From: Candidatus Latescibacterota bacterium
GTDB lineage: Bacteria; Latescibacterota; CBDEFO01
Direction: 5' to 3'
Length of the DNA stretch: 64,000 nt
Assembly: GCA_965248755.1 (NCBI GenBank)
Contig: OZ252149.1
Location: 3,040,001 to 3,104,000, forward strand
Under the pieces are notes generated by a model that saw nothing but the letters and a program-made list of their open reading frames with translations, was not told the origin of the DNA and did not search any database. The translations under genes and the position numbers were made by a program. Shown one piece after another: positions 50,905-60,920 of this stretch. Every line of letters begins with the position of its first letter. Within the stretch, counting starts at the first letter, position 1.

Positions 50905-51319
50905 CTTTTTCTACGCATACTTGTGAAATGCTGATGAATCGATAACCGATCGCGTGAGAACGCATCGTCCATCTTGCTGGCCTCTGAAAATTATACTTTG
51001 CCACGTGGAGACGACTTGTGAATAGTCACTCGCTGAAGAAGCTCCGACTCTGGTATCTCCCAGCACCAGCCCATCCAGCTGGCCACTTCCTCGCGTGGTG
51101 GAACGGCACGGACGACCGAACGTATGTGTTAGCTCCTAGAATGTCGCGACCCCCTCACCTCGCCCACACATAGGCCCTACGCCTTACGCGACACACTTAA
51201 GGCCCATCGTCTCCTCCAGGACCCTCCTAATCTTCGACTTCTCCGCTTCGGACGGGGTCGAAAGCGGGGGCCTCCGCAAAGCCCGATCATCTCCACCGCG
51301 GCCGGCCACCTCCCAGGTG

Positions 51320-51387
51320 TCCTCCTCCTTCACCATCCTTTCCCAGTTCCGCTTGTTGATCGTTGCGATCTCGTCCTGTTTGCTCAT
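51320..51387 (-). pseudogene. N-terminal fragment, possibly of a SAM methyltransferase
   Basis: MSKQDEIATINKRNWERMVKEE preceded by a GTTAGAA core and RBS. Confidence 0.35.
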
Positions 51388-51602
51388 GTTTCCTAAGCCT
51401 TCTAACTACAGTTGTGTCATATGGCGGGTACTCTTATATTTAGAGTACCAACGGCAATAATTAAAATTTGGTAGCTTCCTCCGAAAAACAACTGATAATG
51501 ATTTTAACACATTTTTTCCTCCATGTCAAAAAAGTTTCTTCAGATTCTCTATTTGTTGATCTTTTCCAAATCTGGGCACACTGCACCTTACACCTTGCTT
51601 TT

Positions 51603-51795
51603 TCACATTGAATCAACCTGTTTTTTCGTATGGCCAAATCCATCTGCCTCCATATGATACAGATAGACTCCGCTGGCAAGACACTTCCCATTACCATCTT
51701 TCCTATCCAAGACTTTGGAGTATCCACCTGCCGCTATCTCTCTATCCACTAAGGAAGGCACCTTCTGCCCCAGAAAATTTAAGACATACATCTTG
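51603..51795 (-). pseudogene. FlgD-Ig/secretion C-terminal domain fragment
   Basis: NFLGQKV..LVD..G.Y..D.KD.NG..LASGVYLY. Confidence 0.7.
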
Positions 51796-51810
51796 ATGCG
51801 TTTGGATGTC

Positions 51811-53040
51811 CTATTTCGACAGATCTGAAACCATCTTCTGGACTTCGCCTTCTACTTTCAACGTAATGCGTTCTACGATATCTCTCTTCTCTTTTTTGTA
51901 AGCTTCATAATCGTCCAACAAATTCCTGGGAGTGGCAACTCGGATGAGAGCCGTCCTGGGTCCTTTAGTCTTAGCGAAGCCGTAGACTTCCTTTTCCAAG
52001 CGGGCGATGACTTCCAGAAAGCGCTCCTGAGTTGGATTTTCACCAATGTATCCCTCGTAGATAGCGATAAAGTTCACGACGCGGTTGAGGTCTATGTAAA
52101 ACTGTCGGAATTTGTCGAGCCCCTGTCTATGGATCTCGCCCTCATATTCTGTCATCTCGTCCTCTTCCCTGTAAACCTCCTCATCGATCCGGTTTTGAAT
52201 AATCCGAACCCGCTTTAGGGGGGAAGATTCCGATTGGGGAACAATTCCCATAAAGTTCTCCATCTGCGACAGAATATGTCCTCTCAAAAGTTGAATGCGT
52301 TCATTAAGCGAACTGTCATCGCTCAGGGGCAATTGATATTCCTTTGCCAGTGTAATCAATAATACAGCCCCCACGTTCTGCAGGCGATCATATAAATCTT
52401 CTGATGGACTTGAATTCTTGGGTAGAATTTTTCTCTCCAACTTCGTGAGTGCCTTTTCTATTTCCCGCCACATATCTTTCTCGTAGACATACTTGATGGC
52501 CACAGGCGCAATGTAGACGGGCTTAACTTGACCTGCCTTTTCCAGATCGTCCAGCGCCCAGAAGCCCATCTGTGTGACGCCGCTTTCGAAGGGCATTACG
52601 GTATCGTTCTGGAACGAGACCTCACCTTCTGCGAAGATGACTACCTTATGTTTTCCTTTGGTCAAAGTTCCTCGTGTCGTTCGGAACGATTCCCGATCGA
52701 CGGCTCCGCGCACCACTGAATAGCCCCCCAGCCGCTGCATGAAGAATCCTCTCATTCTGCCTCCCGCCCGTAGATGAAAAGTCTCCCGCGCAGCCACGTA
52801 ACGGAATCGCTCCCCGAGGCGCTTTGACAGCGCGAAGATCACGAACGGGTCTACATCAGTTGGATGATTCGGAACCAGGATCGTAGGAAATCCGTCGGTC
52901 GCCCTCAGCCTCTCCATCGATTCAGAATCAATATCTAAACCCAGGCCCTTGAATCGCATGATTATGGGCAAAAGACACTCGGTCAACCCGATCACAAGTC
53001 TATTCTCTCTGGGAGGTCTGAAATCTAACATTATGATCAC
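51811..53040 (-). CDS. 1-acyl-sn-glycerol-3-phosphate acyltransferase family
   Basis: NHPTDVD and FAEGE motifs. Confidence 0.9.
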   Translation of the reverse strand: MIIMLDFRPPRENRLVIGLTECLLPIIMRFKGLGLDIDSESMERLRATDGFPTILVPNHPTDVDPFVIFALSKRLGERFRYVAARETFHLRAGGRMRGFFMQRLGGYSVVRGAVDRESFRTTRGTLTKGKHKVVIFAEGEVSFQNDTVMPFESGVTQMGFWALDDLEKAGQVKPVYIAPVAIKYVYEKDMWREIEKALTKLERKILPKNSSPSEDLYDRLQNVGAVLLITLAKEYQLPLSDDSSLNERIQLLRGHILSQMENFMGIVPQSESSPLKRVRIIQNRIDEEVYREEDEMTEYEGEIHRQGLDKFRQFYIDLNRVVNFIAIYEGYIGENPTQERFLEVIARLEKEVYGFAKTKGPRTALIRVATPRNLLDDYEAYKKEKRDIVERITLKVEGEVQKMVSDLSK

Positions 53041-53094
53041 CTCTGTGTCGCGGTCTTTCCTACAGGATCGAGTGCACGAAATAAGTATCCTGAA

Positions 53095-54951
53095 CTATCC
53101 CGAATAGGTCTGGTCGATAAGCTCTTCGTAGCGGGATAGAATGGCCTTCGGCACCAGTTTCTTGAGGCCGCGGGTCAGAGTGCCAGCTTCTTCTGTGAAG
53201 GGCTCTGTAAGGACCAGGATCTTCTGCGGCCTTTCGTGTCCGGGAAGTCCGGCGCTGTCTGCTTCTCTCTTCATCTGTTCGTGGATCCGCTCTACGATGG
53301 TCGGATGAGAACAGAGGGCACCTTCATCTCCTCTGGGAAGGTCCGGGATGTCGGACTGCATGTTGGCCTCATCGAGATCGATGGTGACCAGGGGCAGGGG
53401 AAAGGTGCGCGTGTGGTCCCCGCATACCAGAACATGCTCGATGAGAGGGATGCGGGCGTAAATGCCTTCGAGGCGTTCGGGGTTCACAAACTCGCCGTTC
53501 TTGAGTTTGAACTGTCGCCCCGCGCGGCCTCTGAATGTGAGATACCCCTCATTGTCCATACTGAAGAGATCGCTGGTCCGGTACCAGATCTTTCCTTCAC
53601 TGTCCCGGACAAGAACCTTCGCGGTCTGCTCAGGATCGTTCAGATATTCTGCCATGACATTTGGGCCGTGCACCCATAGCTCCCCAGCTTCTTCGCCGCT
53701 GCCTTCATAGACCCCGGTTTCAGGATCTCCGTGAGCGATCTTATGGCCTTCTGAATCCACGAGTTTGACTTCCATAAGGGGTCGTCCCACCGTCCCGGTC
53801 TTCTGGCCGAGCAGGCTGTTCATCGCGATGAGGGGGCAGCATTCTGTCGTGCCATAGGCTTCGTAGGTTGTGATATCCAGGACCTCTTGGAAGAAATCGA
53901 GGGCCTCGGGGTCGGCCTTTGCCGCTCCTACGATCAAGAGTTCGAGGCGGCTGCCCACCCGGTCAGAGAGTTTACTTCTGATCTTCTGGACGATCCTCTT
54001 CCCCAAGGTCGCATTCGCGAGTCTATCAACTATGCTGGCCTTGTCCTGTGAGATGCTACGCTTGGCGCGGACAGCTCGACTGACCAGACTACCTCTGAGA
54101 CCCCCGGCGTCGATCTGTTTGCGCACATTCTGGTAGACCTTATCCAGTATGAGAGGGACGGTCAAGAATCCTTGGGGCTCAAAATGGCGTATGTCGACGA
54201 GCGCGCGGTCCGGGGAGCGCGGAAGATCGAGAGTCCAGCCCTTGGCCAGAGGGTAGTAGATATTCAGAATGCCCATCGAATGGTAGTCTGGAGCCGCTTT
54301 GAAGAAGATGAAGGGATCGCGCTCGGTGATGATGTCCCAAAGCTCTTTCACGTTAGCCACGATATTGGCGTGGGTCTGAACTACACCTTTTGGAAGTCCG
54401 GAGGAACCGGAGGTGTAGATGACCTTCGACTCGTCGTCAGGGGCAAGTGCCACCTTGGGGGGTTCTTCCTGAGCGCCGGCCTCCATAATTTCCGAGAAAG
54501 AGCGGCAGCCGTCGATCTTGCCTTCGGTGAGGATTAGGTGCGGCGGATTCTCCAAAGATGGCCGAATGCGCACAGCCTGTTTGTGGCTCTTGGGGTCGAT
54601 AAAGAGAAACACGATGCCGGATGAATTGATGTTGTGGACAAGAATGTCGTCGGGGAGTTTGTTGCACAGGGGGACCGAGGATATGCCCAACAGGTCGGCG
54701 GCCAGAAAGATTACGAGGGGCTCGACTCCACCATCGGTGAGGATGCCAACACGCTGGCCTTTTGTGATGCCGAGTTGGGCGAGTCCAGAAGCGAGTCGAT
54801 CTCTATGATCTCTGAGCTCTCTGTACGTCGTCGACAGAAAACGCATTCCTTTCGTGCTCTGCCCGCCTGCTGACTGCAACGTACGTAAGGCCGTACGCTC
54901 GGCGTGCTTGTCGAAGCTTTGGTTCATCAGATCTGTTAAGGTCTGGTTCAT
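53095..54951 (-). CDS. Long-chain fatty acid-CoA ligase (AMP-binding)
   Basis: YTSGSSGLPKG, YGTTE, RTSD. Confidence 0.9.
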   Translation of the reverse strand: MNQTLTDLMNQSFDKHAERTALRTLQSAGGQSTKGMRFLSTTYRELRDHRDRLASGLAQLGITKGQRVGILTDGGVEPLVIFLAADLLGISSVPLCNKLPDDILVHNINSSGIVFLFIDPKSHKQAVRIRPSLENPPHLILTEGKIDGCRSFSEIMEAGAQEEPPKVALAPDDESKVIYTSGSSGLPKGVVQTHANIVANVKELWDIITERDPFIFFKAAPDYHSMGILNIYYPLAKGWTLDLPRSPDRALVDIRHFEPQGFLTVPLILDKVYQNVRKQIDAGGLRGSLVSRAVRAKRSISQDKASIVDRLANATLGKRIVQKIRSKLSDRVGSRLELLIVGAAKADPEALDFFQEVLDITTYEAYGTTECCPLIAMNSLLGQKTGTVGRPLMEVKLVDSEGHKIAHGDPETGVYEGSGEEAGELWVHGPNVMAEYLNDPEQTAKVLVRDSEGKIWYRTSDLFSMDNEGYLTFRGRAGRQFKLKNGEFVNPERLEGIYARIPLIEHVLVCGDHTRTFPLPLVTIDLDEANMQSDIPDLPRGDEGALCSHPTIVERIHEQMKREADSAGLPGHERPQKILVLTEPFTEEAGTLTRGLKKLVPKAILSRYEELIDQTYSG

Positions 54952-55029
54952 CGTTCAGATGCCCTTTCATCCGTAGTTTTTGTCCACGTAATCCACGTGA
55001 GGATTAGAATTGGATGTAGCGCTAGTGCT

Positions 55030-55114
55030 TTATAACAACTGCTGCTGAAGAGCGTCGGACTTTTTCGGAAGGTGGAGATCTCGCTTGACTTCGGACTCTT
55101 TAAGGGTGTTATAT
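55030..55114 (-). other. attC-like site
   Basis: Minus strand ATATAAC-ACCCT-TAAAGAGTCCGA..CCGACGCTCTTCA..GTTATAA, downstream of the 55168 gene. Confidence 0.55.
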
Positions 55115-55167
55115 GCTGTTTCCGGCCCTTGACATCCCGCCTGAGACGTGCTGAGCCAAGAGGCTGT

Positions 55168-55674
55168 CTACATCGAAGCCTCCCGGGTATCCTTGTGGAC
55201 CGGAGAAATAGACCATCTCTTAGTAAAGGTCCCTAAGAACGACAAACGCCATCTGGCTCGCACTTTAAGAGTATGGCCTTTCTTCCCCTTCCATTCATAG
55301 GATTCAATACGCTCCCACTTCAGAAATTCCCCGAAATGCAAGATCCCCCTTTCCCTCATCTCGAGCTTGGTCAATCCAATATCTAGAGAGATAGCTACAG
55401 AAGATAGCCAACAAAGACCTAATACGATTTTATCGAGAAGAGAGAGCGTCGGGAACTGGAACATCCCACCACCTCTAAATGCAGAGAGAAAGATTGCTGC
55501 AAAGAAGATAGCCGAAAAGAGACCTAAAATCAACCTGATTTTGGAACGGCCGAGATCCAGCATAACCGGACCTGCACGCCTTTTTCGCAGGGGCCAGGTG
55601 ATAAAGTGCACCCACGCCGCCAGAATTAACACCACTAGTACAATAGACAATATACCTTCAATCATGTACATCAT
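55168..55674 (-). CDS. Membrane protein (DUF5673-like)
   Basis: 3 TM segments followed by ERGI..F.KWERIESYEW. Confidence 0.7.
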   Translation of the reverse strand: MMYMIEGILSIVLVVLILAAWVHFITWPLRKRRAGPVMLDLGRSKIRLILGLFSAIFFAAIFLSAFRGGGMFQFPTLSLLDKIVLGLCWLSSVAISLDIGLTKLEMRERGILHFGEFLKWERIESYEWKGKKGHTLKVRARWRLSFLGTFTKRWSISPVHKDTREASM

Positions 55675-55909
55675 AAGCCTTCACTCCTCAAGGTAAAAGA
55701 GCCCTGATTGTGACATCTTCTGTCATAGTCTCCACAGTTTTGGCCGTCAGTATTCGTCAGGCTCGATCGATTAGGAGGGAAGATACAAAATAAGCTAGTG
55801 ACTGTCAATAGAGGATTGGAAGTTGCACAGAGTTTACGGTTCTCAGTCTGGAGGTGACCGAGCCTCGATTGAATATCGACCAGGGTCGGGGTTACTCCGC
55901 CCTTGCTAC

Positions 55910-56162
55910 TAACCCGAATAATTCACAAAAGAAGGCGGTGTATTAATTAAGGGATTGTATTAGATTGTAGTTATGCTGTTTAAGGCCTTCGGTGTCATTG
56001 CGAGGCGGAGGCGAAGCAATCTCGATTCTGTGGTAGATGTAATACGCTCCGCCTCTCATAGGAGGTCACTATAAAACCTTGAGATTGCTTCCCCGATAGA
56101 CACAATCGGGGACCGCTTTGCTCCTCGCAATGACTCCACCAAGTTTATGCTTAATCGGCCTA
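55910..56162 (-). mobile_element. MITE copy E
   Basis: CTAA duplication at 55909-55912 and 56160-56163. Confidence 0.9.
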
Positions 56163-56238
56163 ATTATGGAGATAATTCTGTAACGCTTATTAACTTATCT
56201 GAATGATACAATTTGTAGTTCCCATAATTAAGCTTACT

Positions 56239-59200
56239 CTATTCTGCCTGTACTGTGTCTACGGCCTTTTTCCGCCGGATACTCCATCCTTTCCAGACCA
56301 TATAGATTGCTGGGATGACCACCAACGTAAGAACAGTTGAAGTCACCATCCCGCCTACCATCGGGGCGGCTATCCGCTTCATCACATCAGCGCCTGCGCC
56401 GGTGCTCCACATAATGGGAAAGAGACCCGCCATAATCGCTGAGACCGTCATCATCTTTGGCCGGACGCGCTGCACTGCACCCTCGATCACTGCATCGTAG
56501 AGATCCTGCATTGTGGACATCTGTCCAGCGTCTCTGCGTCGGTTGTAAGCCTCATCCAGAAAGACTATCATCACGACTCCGGTCTCAGCAGCTACACCGG
56601 ACAAGGCTATAATGCCCACCCAGACTGCTACAGACAGATTATATCCTAAAAGAAACAAAAGCCATATCCCTCCTACGAGGGAAAACGGCACAGAGAGCAT
56701 CACTATGAGGCTTTCTGTCACCGAGTTAAAGTTTAGATAAAGCAGGAAAAAGATGATGAATACTGTAAAGGGCACTATGATCTTGAGCCGCTCTTTTGCC
56801 CGCTCCATATACTGGAACTGACCTCCCCAAGAGAGTCGGTATCCGGTCGGAATAGTGACCTGTTTCTCTATAACCTGTTTTGCCTCCTGAACGTAGTCTC
56901 CTAATGGTCTTCCTGCGACATCCACAAAGACAAGACCGACAAGCTGAGCATCTTCATCCCGGATCTGTGGGGGGCCGGTAGTAGTCCGAATGTCGGCTAA
57001 TTGAGCCATAGGCACATGAGTGCCGGTCGGCGTTGGCACAAGTATCCGTTTGAGTTGATCTATATCGTCCCGCAGTTCCCTTGCGTAGCGGACATTGATT
57101 GGGTATCGCTCCCGCCCTTCAATCGTAGTAGAGACATTCATCCCACCTATAGCTGTCTGGATGATGTCCTGAACATCCCCCACAGTAAGCCCATATCGGG
57201 AGGCCTCTTTTCTATTCACCTCAAAGTCTACAAAATATCCTCCGGTCACGCGCTCGGCAAAGACGCTTCGGGTTCCGGCAAGAGATGACAAGGCACTCTC
57301 AATATCCAGACCGATCCTTTCGATGGTCTTAAGATCTGATCCAAATATTTTGATCCCCAAAGGGCTCCTGATTCCAGTGGCCAGCATCTCAGTTCTTGTC
57401 TGAATTGGCATCCACCAGATGTTAGGCATGCCAGGAAACTGAAGGACTTTGTCCATCTCTTCGATTAGATCGTTCCAGGAGATAGGTCGCTCCTCAGGCC
57501 AGAATCGGTCCAGAGCACTTCTAAGAAATCCAGGGGCCCGCGCTGACCACCAGCGCTCCTTTCGGACGGTGCGCCATTCTTCCTCTGGTTTTAATGTCAC
57601 CGTTGTCTCCACCATCGAAAGAGGCGCAGGGTCAGTCGGTGTCCTTGCACGCCCTATCTTCCCGAAGACCCTTTCTACCTCAGGAAACTGTGAAATAATC
57701 TTATCCTGTGTGTGCAACACTTTTGCTGCTTCGGTAATTGACATGCCGGGAACCGATGTGGGCATGTAGAGGATCGAACCCTCATTTAGAGGCGGCATGA
57801 ATTCAGAGCCGAGGCGTACAAATGCCGGAATAGTGAAGATTAAGATCAATATCGCCAGAGCGATCACGCTCTTTCTAAATCGGAGGACAAGCCTAACTAT
57901 TGGATAGTAGAGCCAGATCAAGGCCCTGGAGATGGGATTTCTGGCCTCTGGAATAATTTTGCCACGGATTAACAAAACCATTAACACTGCAGCTAAAGTG
58001 ATCGAAAGGATTGAGGCGAAGAACATCGCAAAGGTCTTCGTGTAGGCCAAAGGCTTGAAGAGTCGTCCCTCCTGCGCCTCCAGGGTAAATACCGGAATGA
58101 AAGACACAGTGATGATCAAGAGCGAGAAGAACAGAGGCTTGCCCACCTCCTTAGCCGCTCCCACGATCACTTCAAAGCGGCTGCCCTGGCTTCCTTTGCG
58201 GCCGTCGCTTTCCCACTGCTCTAAACGCTTGTGGGCATTTTCTATCATCACGATAGCCGCATCAACCATGGCTCCAATGGCAATAGCGATGCCACCCAAG
58301 GACATGATGTTGGATGTCAGCTTCATATAATACATCGGGATAAACGCCATTAAGATGGCTATAGGAAGCGTTAAGATTGCGACCAAGGAGCTTCTAAAAT
58401 GGAAAAGAAAGAGAATGCAGACCAGGCTTACGATGATGCTTTCTTCTATCAATTTCTCTGTGAGTGTTTCGATGGCCCTGTGGATAAGATCGCTCCTATC
58501 GTAGGTTGTAACGATCTTAACACCTTCTGGAAGAGACGGTTCGATCTCCACGATCTTACGCTTTATGCGGTCTATCACATCCAGGGCGTTCTCACCATAG
58601 CGCATTACGACAATGCCGCCGACAGTCTCTCCCTTTCCGTCCAGTTCTGCCAATCCCCGGCGCATATCCGGCCCTAAGTGAACCTCTGCTATGTCTTTGA
58701 CGTAAAGAGGCGTCCCATTGCCATCTGTCCCAAGGGGGATATAATTGATGTCCTCCACAGAGGTGATGTAGCCTCTGCCACGGACCATGTGCTCTGTCCC
58801 TGCCACCTCGATAACCCGGCCTCCCACATCGTTATTGCTCCGACGGATTGCCTCGATCACCTTCTGGATGGGAATATTGTATGCCAAAAGCGCGTTAGGA
58901 TCCAAGTCCACCTGATACTGTTTGACAAACCCTCCGATGCTGGCCACTTCAGCGACACCGGGTACTGCTTCCAGCCAGTACTTTAAATGCCAGTCCTGAA
59001 ATGAACGTAATTGGGCCAGGTTATGTCTTCCGCTTTCATCCACCAGGGCGTACTCATAGACCCAGCCAACACCTGTGGCGTCAGGACCTAATGTTGGTGT
59101 GACACCTTCAGGAAGCTGTCCGCCTACCTCGTTCATATACTCCAGCACCCGACTCCTGGCCCAGTACATATCGGTGCCGTCCTCGAATATGACATAGACG

Positions 59201-59475
59201 AAAGATAGCCCAAAGAAAGATTGCCCCCTGACGAACTTAACGTTTGGGGCAGCTAACATAGTAGTGATAATCGGATAGGTAATCTGGTCTTCCACAAGGT
59301 CCGGGCTCCTGCCTGGCCATTCAGTAAAGACTATCACCTGTACATCTGAAAGATCGGGAATGGCATCCAACGGGACATTTAAAAGCGCCCAGACGCCCCA
59401 GGCTGAGATGAACAGAACTACGATCAACACCAGGAGTTTGTTCTTAGCGCTGTATTCAATAATCTTTTCTATCAT
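56239..59475 (-). CDS. cusA: Heavy-metal RND efflux permease
   Basis: DAIPDLSDVQV, GPDATGVGW, MPT/APLSM/MLATG Met sites, RVRPKMMT. Confidence 0.96.
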   Translation of the reverse strand: MIEKIIEYSAKNKLLVLIVVLFISAWGVWALLNVPLDAIPDLSDVQVIVFTEWPGRSPDLVEDQITYPIITTMLAAPNVKFVRGQSFFGLSFVYVIFEDGTDMYWARSRVLEYMNEVGGQLPEGVTPTLGPDATGVGWVYEYALVDESGRHNLAQLRSFQDWHLKYWLEAVPGVAEVASIGGFVKQYQVDLDPNALLAYNIPIQKVIEAIRRSNNDVGGRVIEVAGTEHMVRGRGYITSVEDINYIPLGTDGNGTPLYVKDIAEVHLGPDMRRGLAELDGKGETVGGIVVMRYGENALDVIDRIKRKIVEIEPSLPEGVKIVTTYDRSDLIHRAIETLTEKLIEESIIVSLVCILFLFHFRSSLVAILTLPIAILMAFIPMYYMKLTSNIMSLGGIAIAIGAMVDAAIVMIENAHKRLEQWESDGRKGSQGSRFEVIVGAAKEVGKPLFFSLLIITVSFIPVFTLEAQEGRLFKPLAYTKTFAMFFASILSITLAAVLMVLLIRGKIIPEARNPISRALIWLYYPIVRLVLRFRKSVIALAILILIFTIPAFVRLGSEFMPPLNEGSILYMPTSVPGMSITEAAKVLHTQDKIISQFPEVERVFGKIGRARTPTDPAPLSMVETTVTLKPEEEWRTVRKERWWSARAPGFLRSALDRFWPEERPISWNDLIEEMDKVLQFPGMPNIWWMPIQTRTEMLATGIRSPLGIKIFGSDLKTIERIGLDIESALSSLAGTRSVFAERVTGGYFVDFEVNRKEASRYGLTVGDVQDIIQTAIGGMNVSTTIEGRERYPINVRYARELRDDIDQLKRILVPTPTGTHVPMAQLADIRTTTGPPQIRDEDAQLVGLVFVDVAGRPLGDYVQEAKQVIEKQVTIPTGYRLSWGGQFQYMERAKERLKIIVPFTVFIIFFLLYLNFNSVTESLIVMLSVPFSLVGGIWLLFLLGYNLSVAVWVGIIALSGVAAETGVVMIVFLDEAYNRRRDAGQMSTMQDLYDAVIEGAVQRVRPKMMTVSAIMAGLFPIMWSTGAGADVMKRIAAPMVGGMVTSTVLTLVVIPAIYMVWKGWSIRRKKAVDTVQAE

Positions 59476-59490
59476 GTAAGTCCCCCCTTA

Positions 59491-60918
59491 CTACTCGTAT
59501 TGTGAGGCCATCCCGCTTATGGCCGACTTGAGCTTGCTTTCAGAATCTATCAGGAAGTTGCCAGAGGTCACCACTCTTTCTCCATCCTCTACGCCTTCAA
59601 GGACGTGGTAATAGTCCTCAATCTTCGCTCCCAGTGTTACCTCTCTGGGCTCGAACCGGCCCTTGCCCATATCCACAAAGACGATTTGACGCTTGCCGGA
59701 GTACAAAACTGAACTTTCAGGAACAGCGATCTGTTCTCCAAGATCGACCTTTAACTCTACATTTGCATACATGCCGGGCCGCAGTTGAAGATCGGGGTTT
59801 GGAAAAATCAACCTCACCTTCGCTGTTCGGGTCTTTGACTCTAAATAGGGATAGACGTAATCTACATTACCTTCAAAAGTCCGACCCGGATTGTAGGATA
59901 AGGTCATAGTTGCGTCCTGACCTTCTCTTACGAGGGCGAGTTCATACTCATAGAGGTCAGCATAGACCCAGATAGTAGATAGGTCAGCGATGCGATACAG
60001 TTTCATCCCCGGATTGACGTACATCCCCTCCACCGCCATCTTCTCGACAACAACTCCAGTTGATGGGGAGTAGATAGTGATAAAGGTCTGCGGTTCTCCT
60101 GCCTCTGCTAATGTGAGGATCTGAGCCTCTGTCAGATCCCAAAGCCACAGACGACGTTTGGCCGCAGATACGAGAGACTCTGTCTTTTGGATCGCCTCTT
60201 TCTGCACCAAAGCCGCTGTAACAGGATACCCCGTGGGATTAGAAAGTAGCAATGCTGTTTCTTCTCCTGTAACAAATCGTCTTAGCTTTTCCAGAGTTTC
60301 CAAAGCTAAGATATATTCCTCCTGGGTGGAGACTAACTCCGGGCTGTAGAGGTCAAAGAGAGGCTGGCCTTTTTCTATCAACTTACCCGTATAGTCCGCG
60401 TAGAGCTTGTGTATCCAGCCTGTGATCTTCAGGTTAACATCAGAAAGTGTCGTCTCGTCGTAGTCCACCCGCCCTACTGTTCGGAGGTTCTTTATCATGC
60501 GCCGCCGTTCCACCTTTGCTGTCGTTACCCCAATAAGCTGCTGCTTCCAGGGAGTCAGCACCACAGAGCCGGGAACAGTTTGCAAAGACGCAGGCTGGGA
60601 CATGGGATGAGTGGCCGGTGGAGCAGTCTTTTCAACCAGCGCCAGTTCCATCCCGCAGATGGGGCAGTCATCTGGATGATTCTGTACCACCTGAGGATGC
60701 ATCGGACACTGATATACTTCGGCGCTTTCAGCTTCTCCTTGGACATATTGAGAAGCCTGTTCCCAATTGATTCTATTGGGCGCCTGCCCCGGTAGAAACC
60801 ACTGCAAAAACATTTCTCTATACATCCAGGAGGTGACGCCGACGGCTGCAATCAGGACAGCAGGGGCGATATATCGTTTCATACTTACTATCATTTTCCA
60901 CTTCTCCTTTGCCTTCAA
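59491..60918 (-). CDS. cusB: RND periplasmic adaptor with heavy-metal-binding domain
   Basis: YQCPMHP..CPICGMEL; YSPEL..QEEY; FLIDSES. Confidence 0.93.
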   Translation of the reverse strand: MKAKEKWKMIVSMKRYIAPAVLIAAVGVTSWMYREMFLQWFLPGQAPNRINWEQASQYVQGEAESAEVYQCPMHPQVVQNHPDDCPICGMELALVEKTAPPATHPMSQPASLQTVPGSVVLTPWKQQLIGVTTAKVERRRMIKNLRTVGRVDYDETTLSDVNLKITGWIHKLYADYTGKLIEKGQPLFDLYSPELVSTQEEYILALETLEKLRRFVTGEETALLLSNPTGYPVTAALVQKEAIQKTESLVSAAKRRLWLWDLTEAQILTLAEAGEPQTFITIYSPSTGVVVEKMAVEGMYVNPGMKLYRIADLSTIWVYADLYEYELALVREGQDATMTLSYNPGRTFEGNVDYVYPYLESKTRTAKVRLIFPNPDLQLRPGMYANVELKVDLGEQIAVPESSVLYSGKRQIVFVDMGKGRFEPREVTLGAKIEDYYHVLEGVEDGERVVTSGNFLIDSESKLKSAISGMASQYE

Positions 60919-60920
60919 CT

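Noticed and set aside
48425..50975. GTTATCG boxes upstream of the SDR and TAXI genes as attC sites
   Set aside because: Only a core-like heptamer, with no paired arm or R'' partner found
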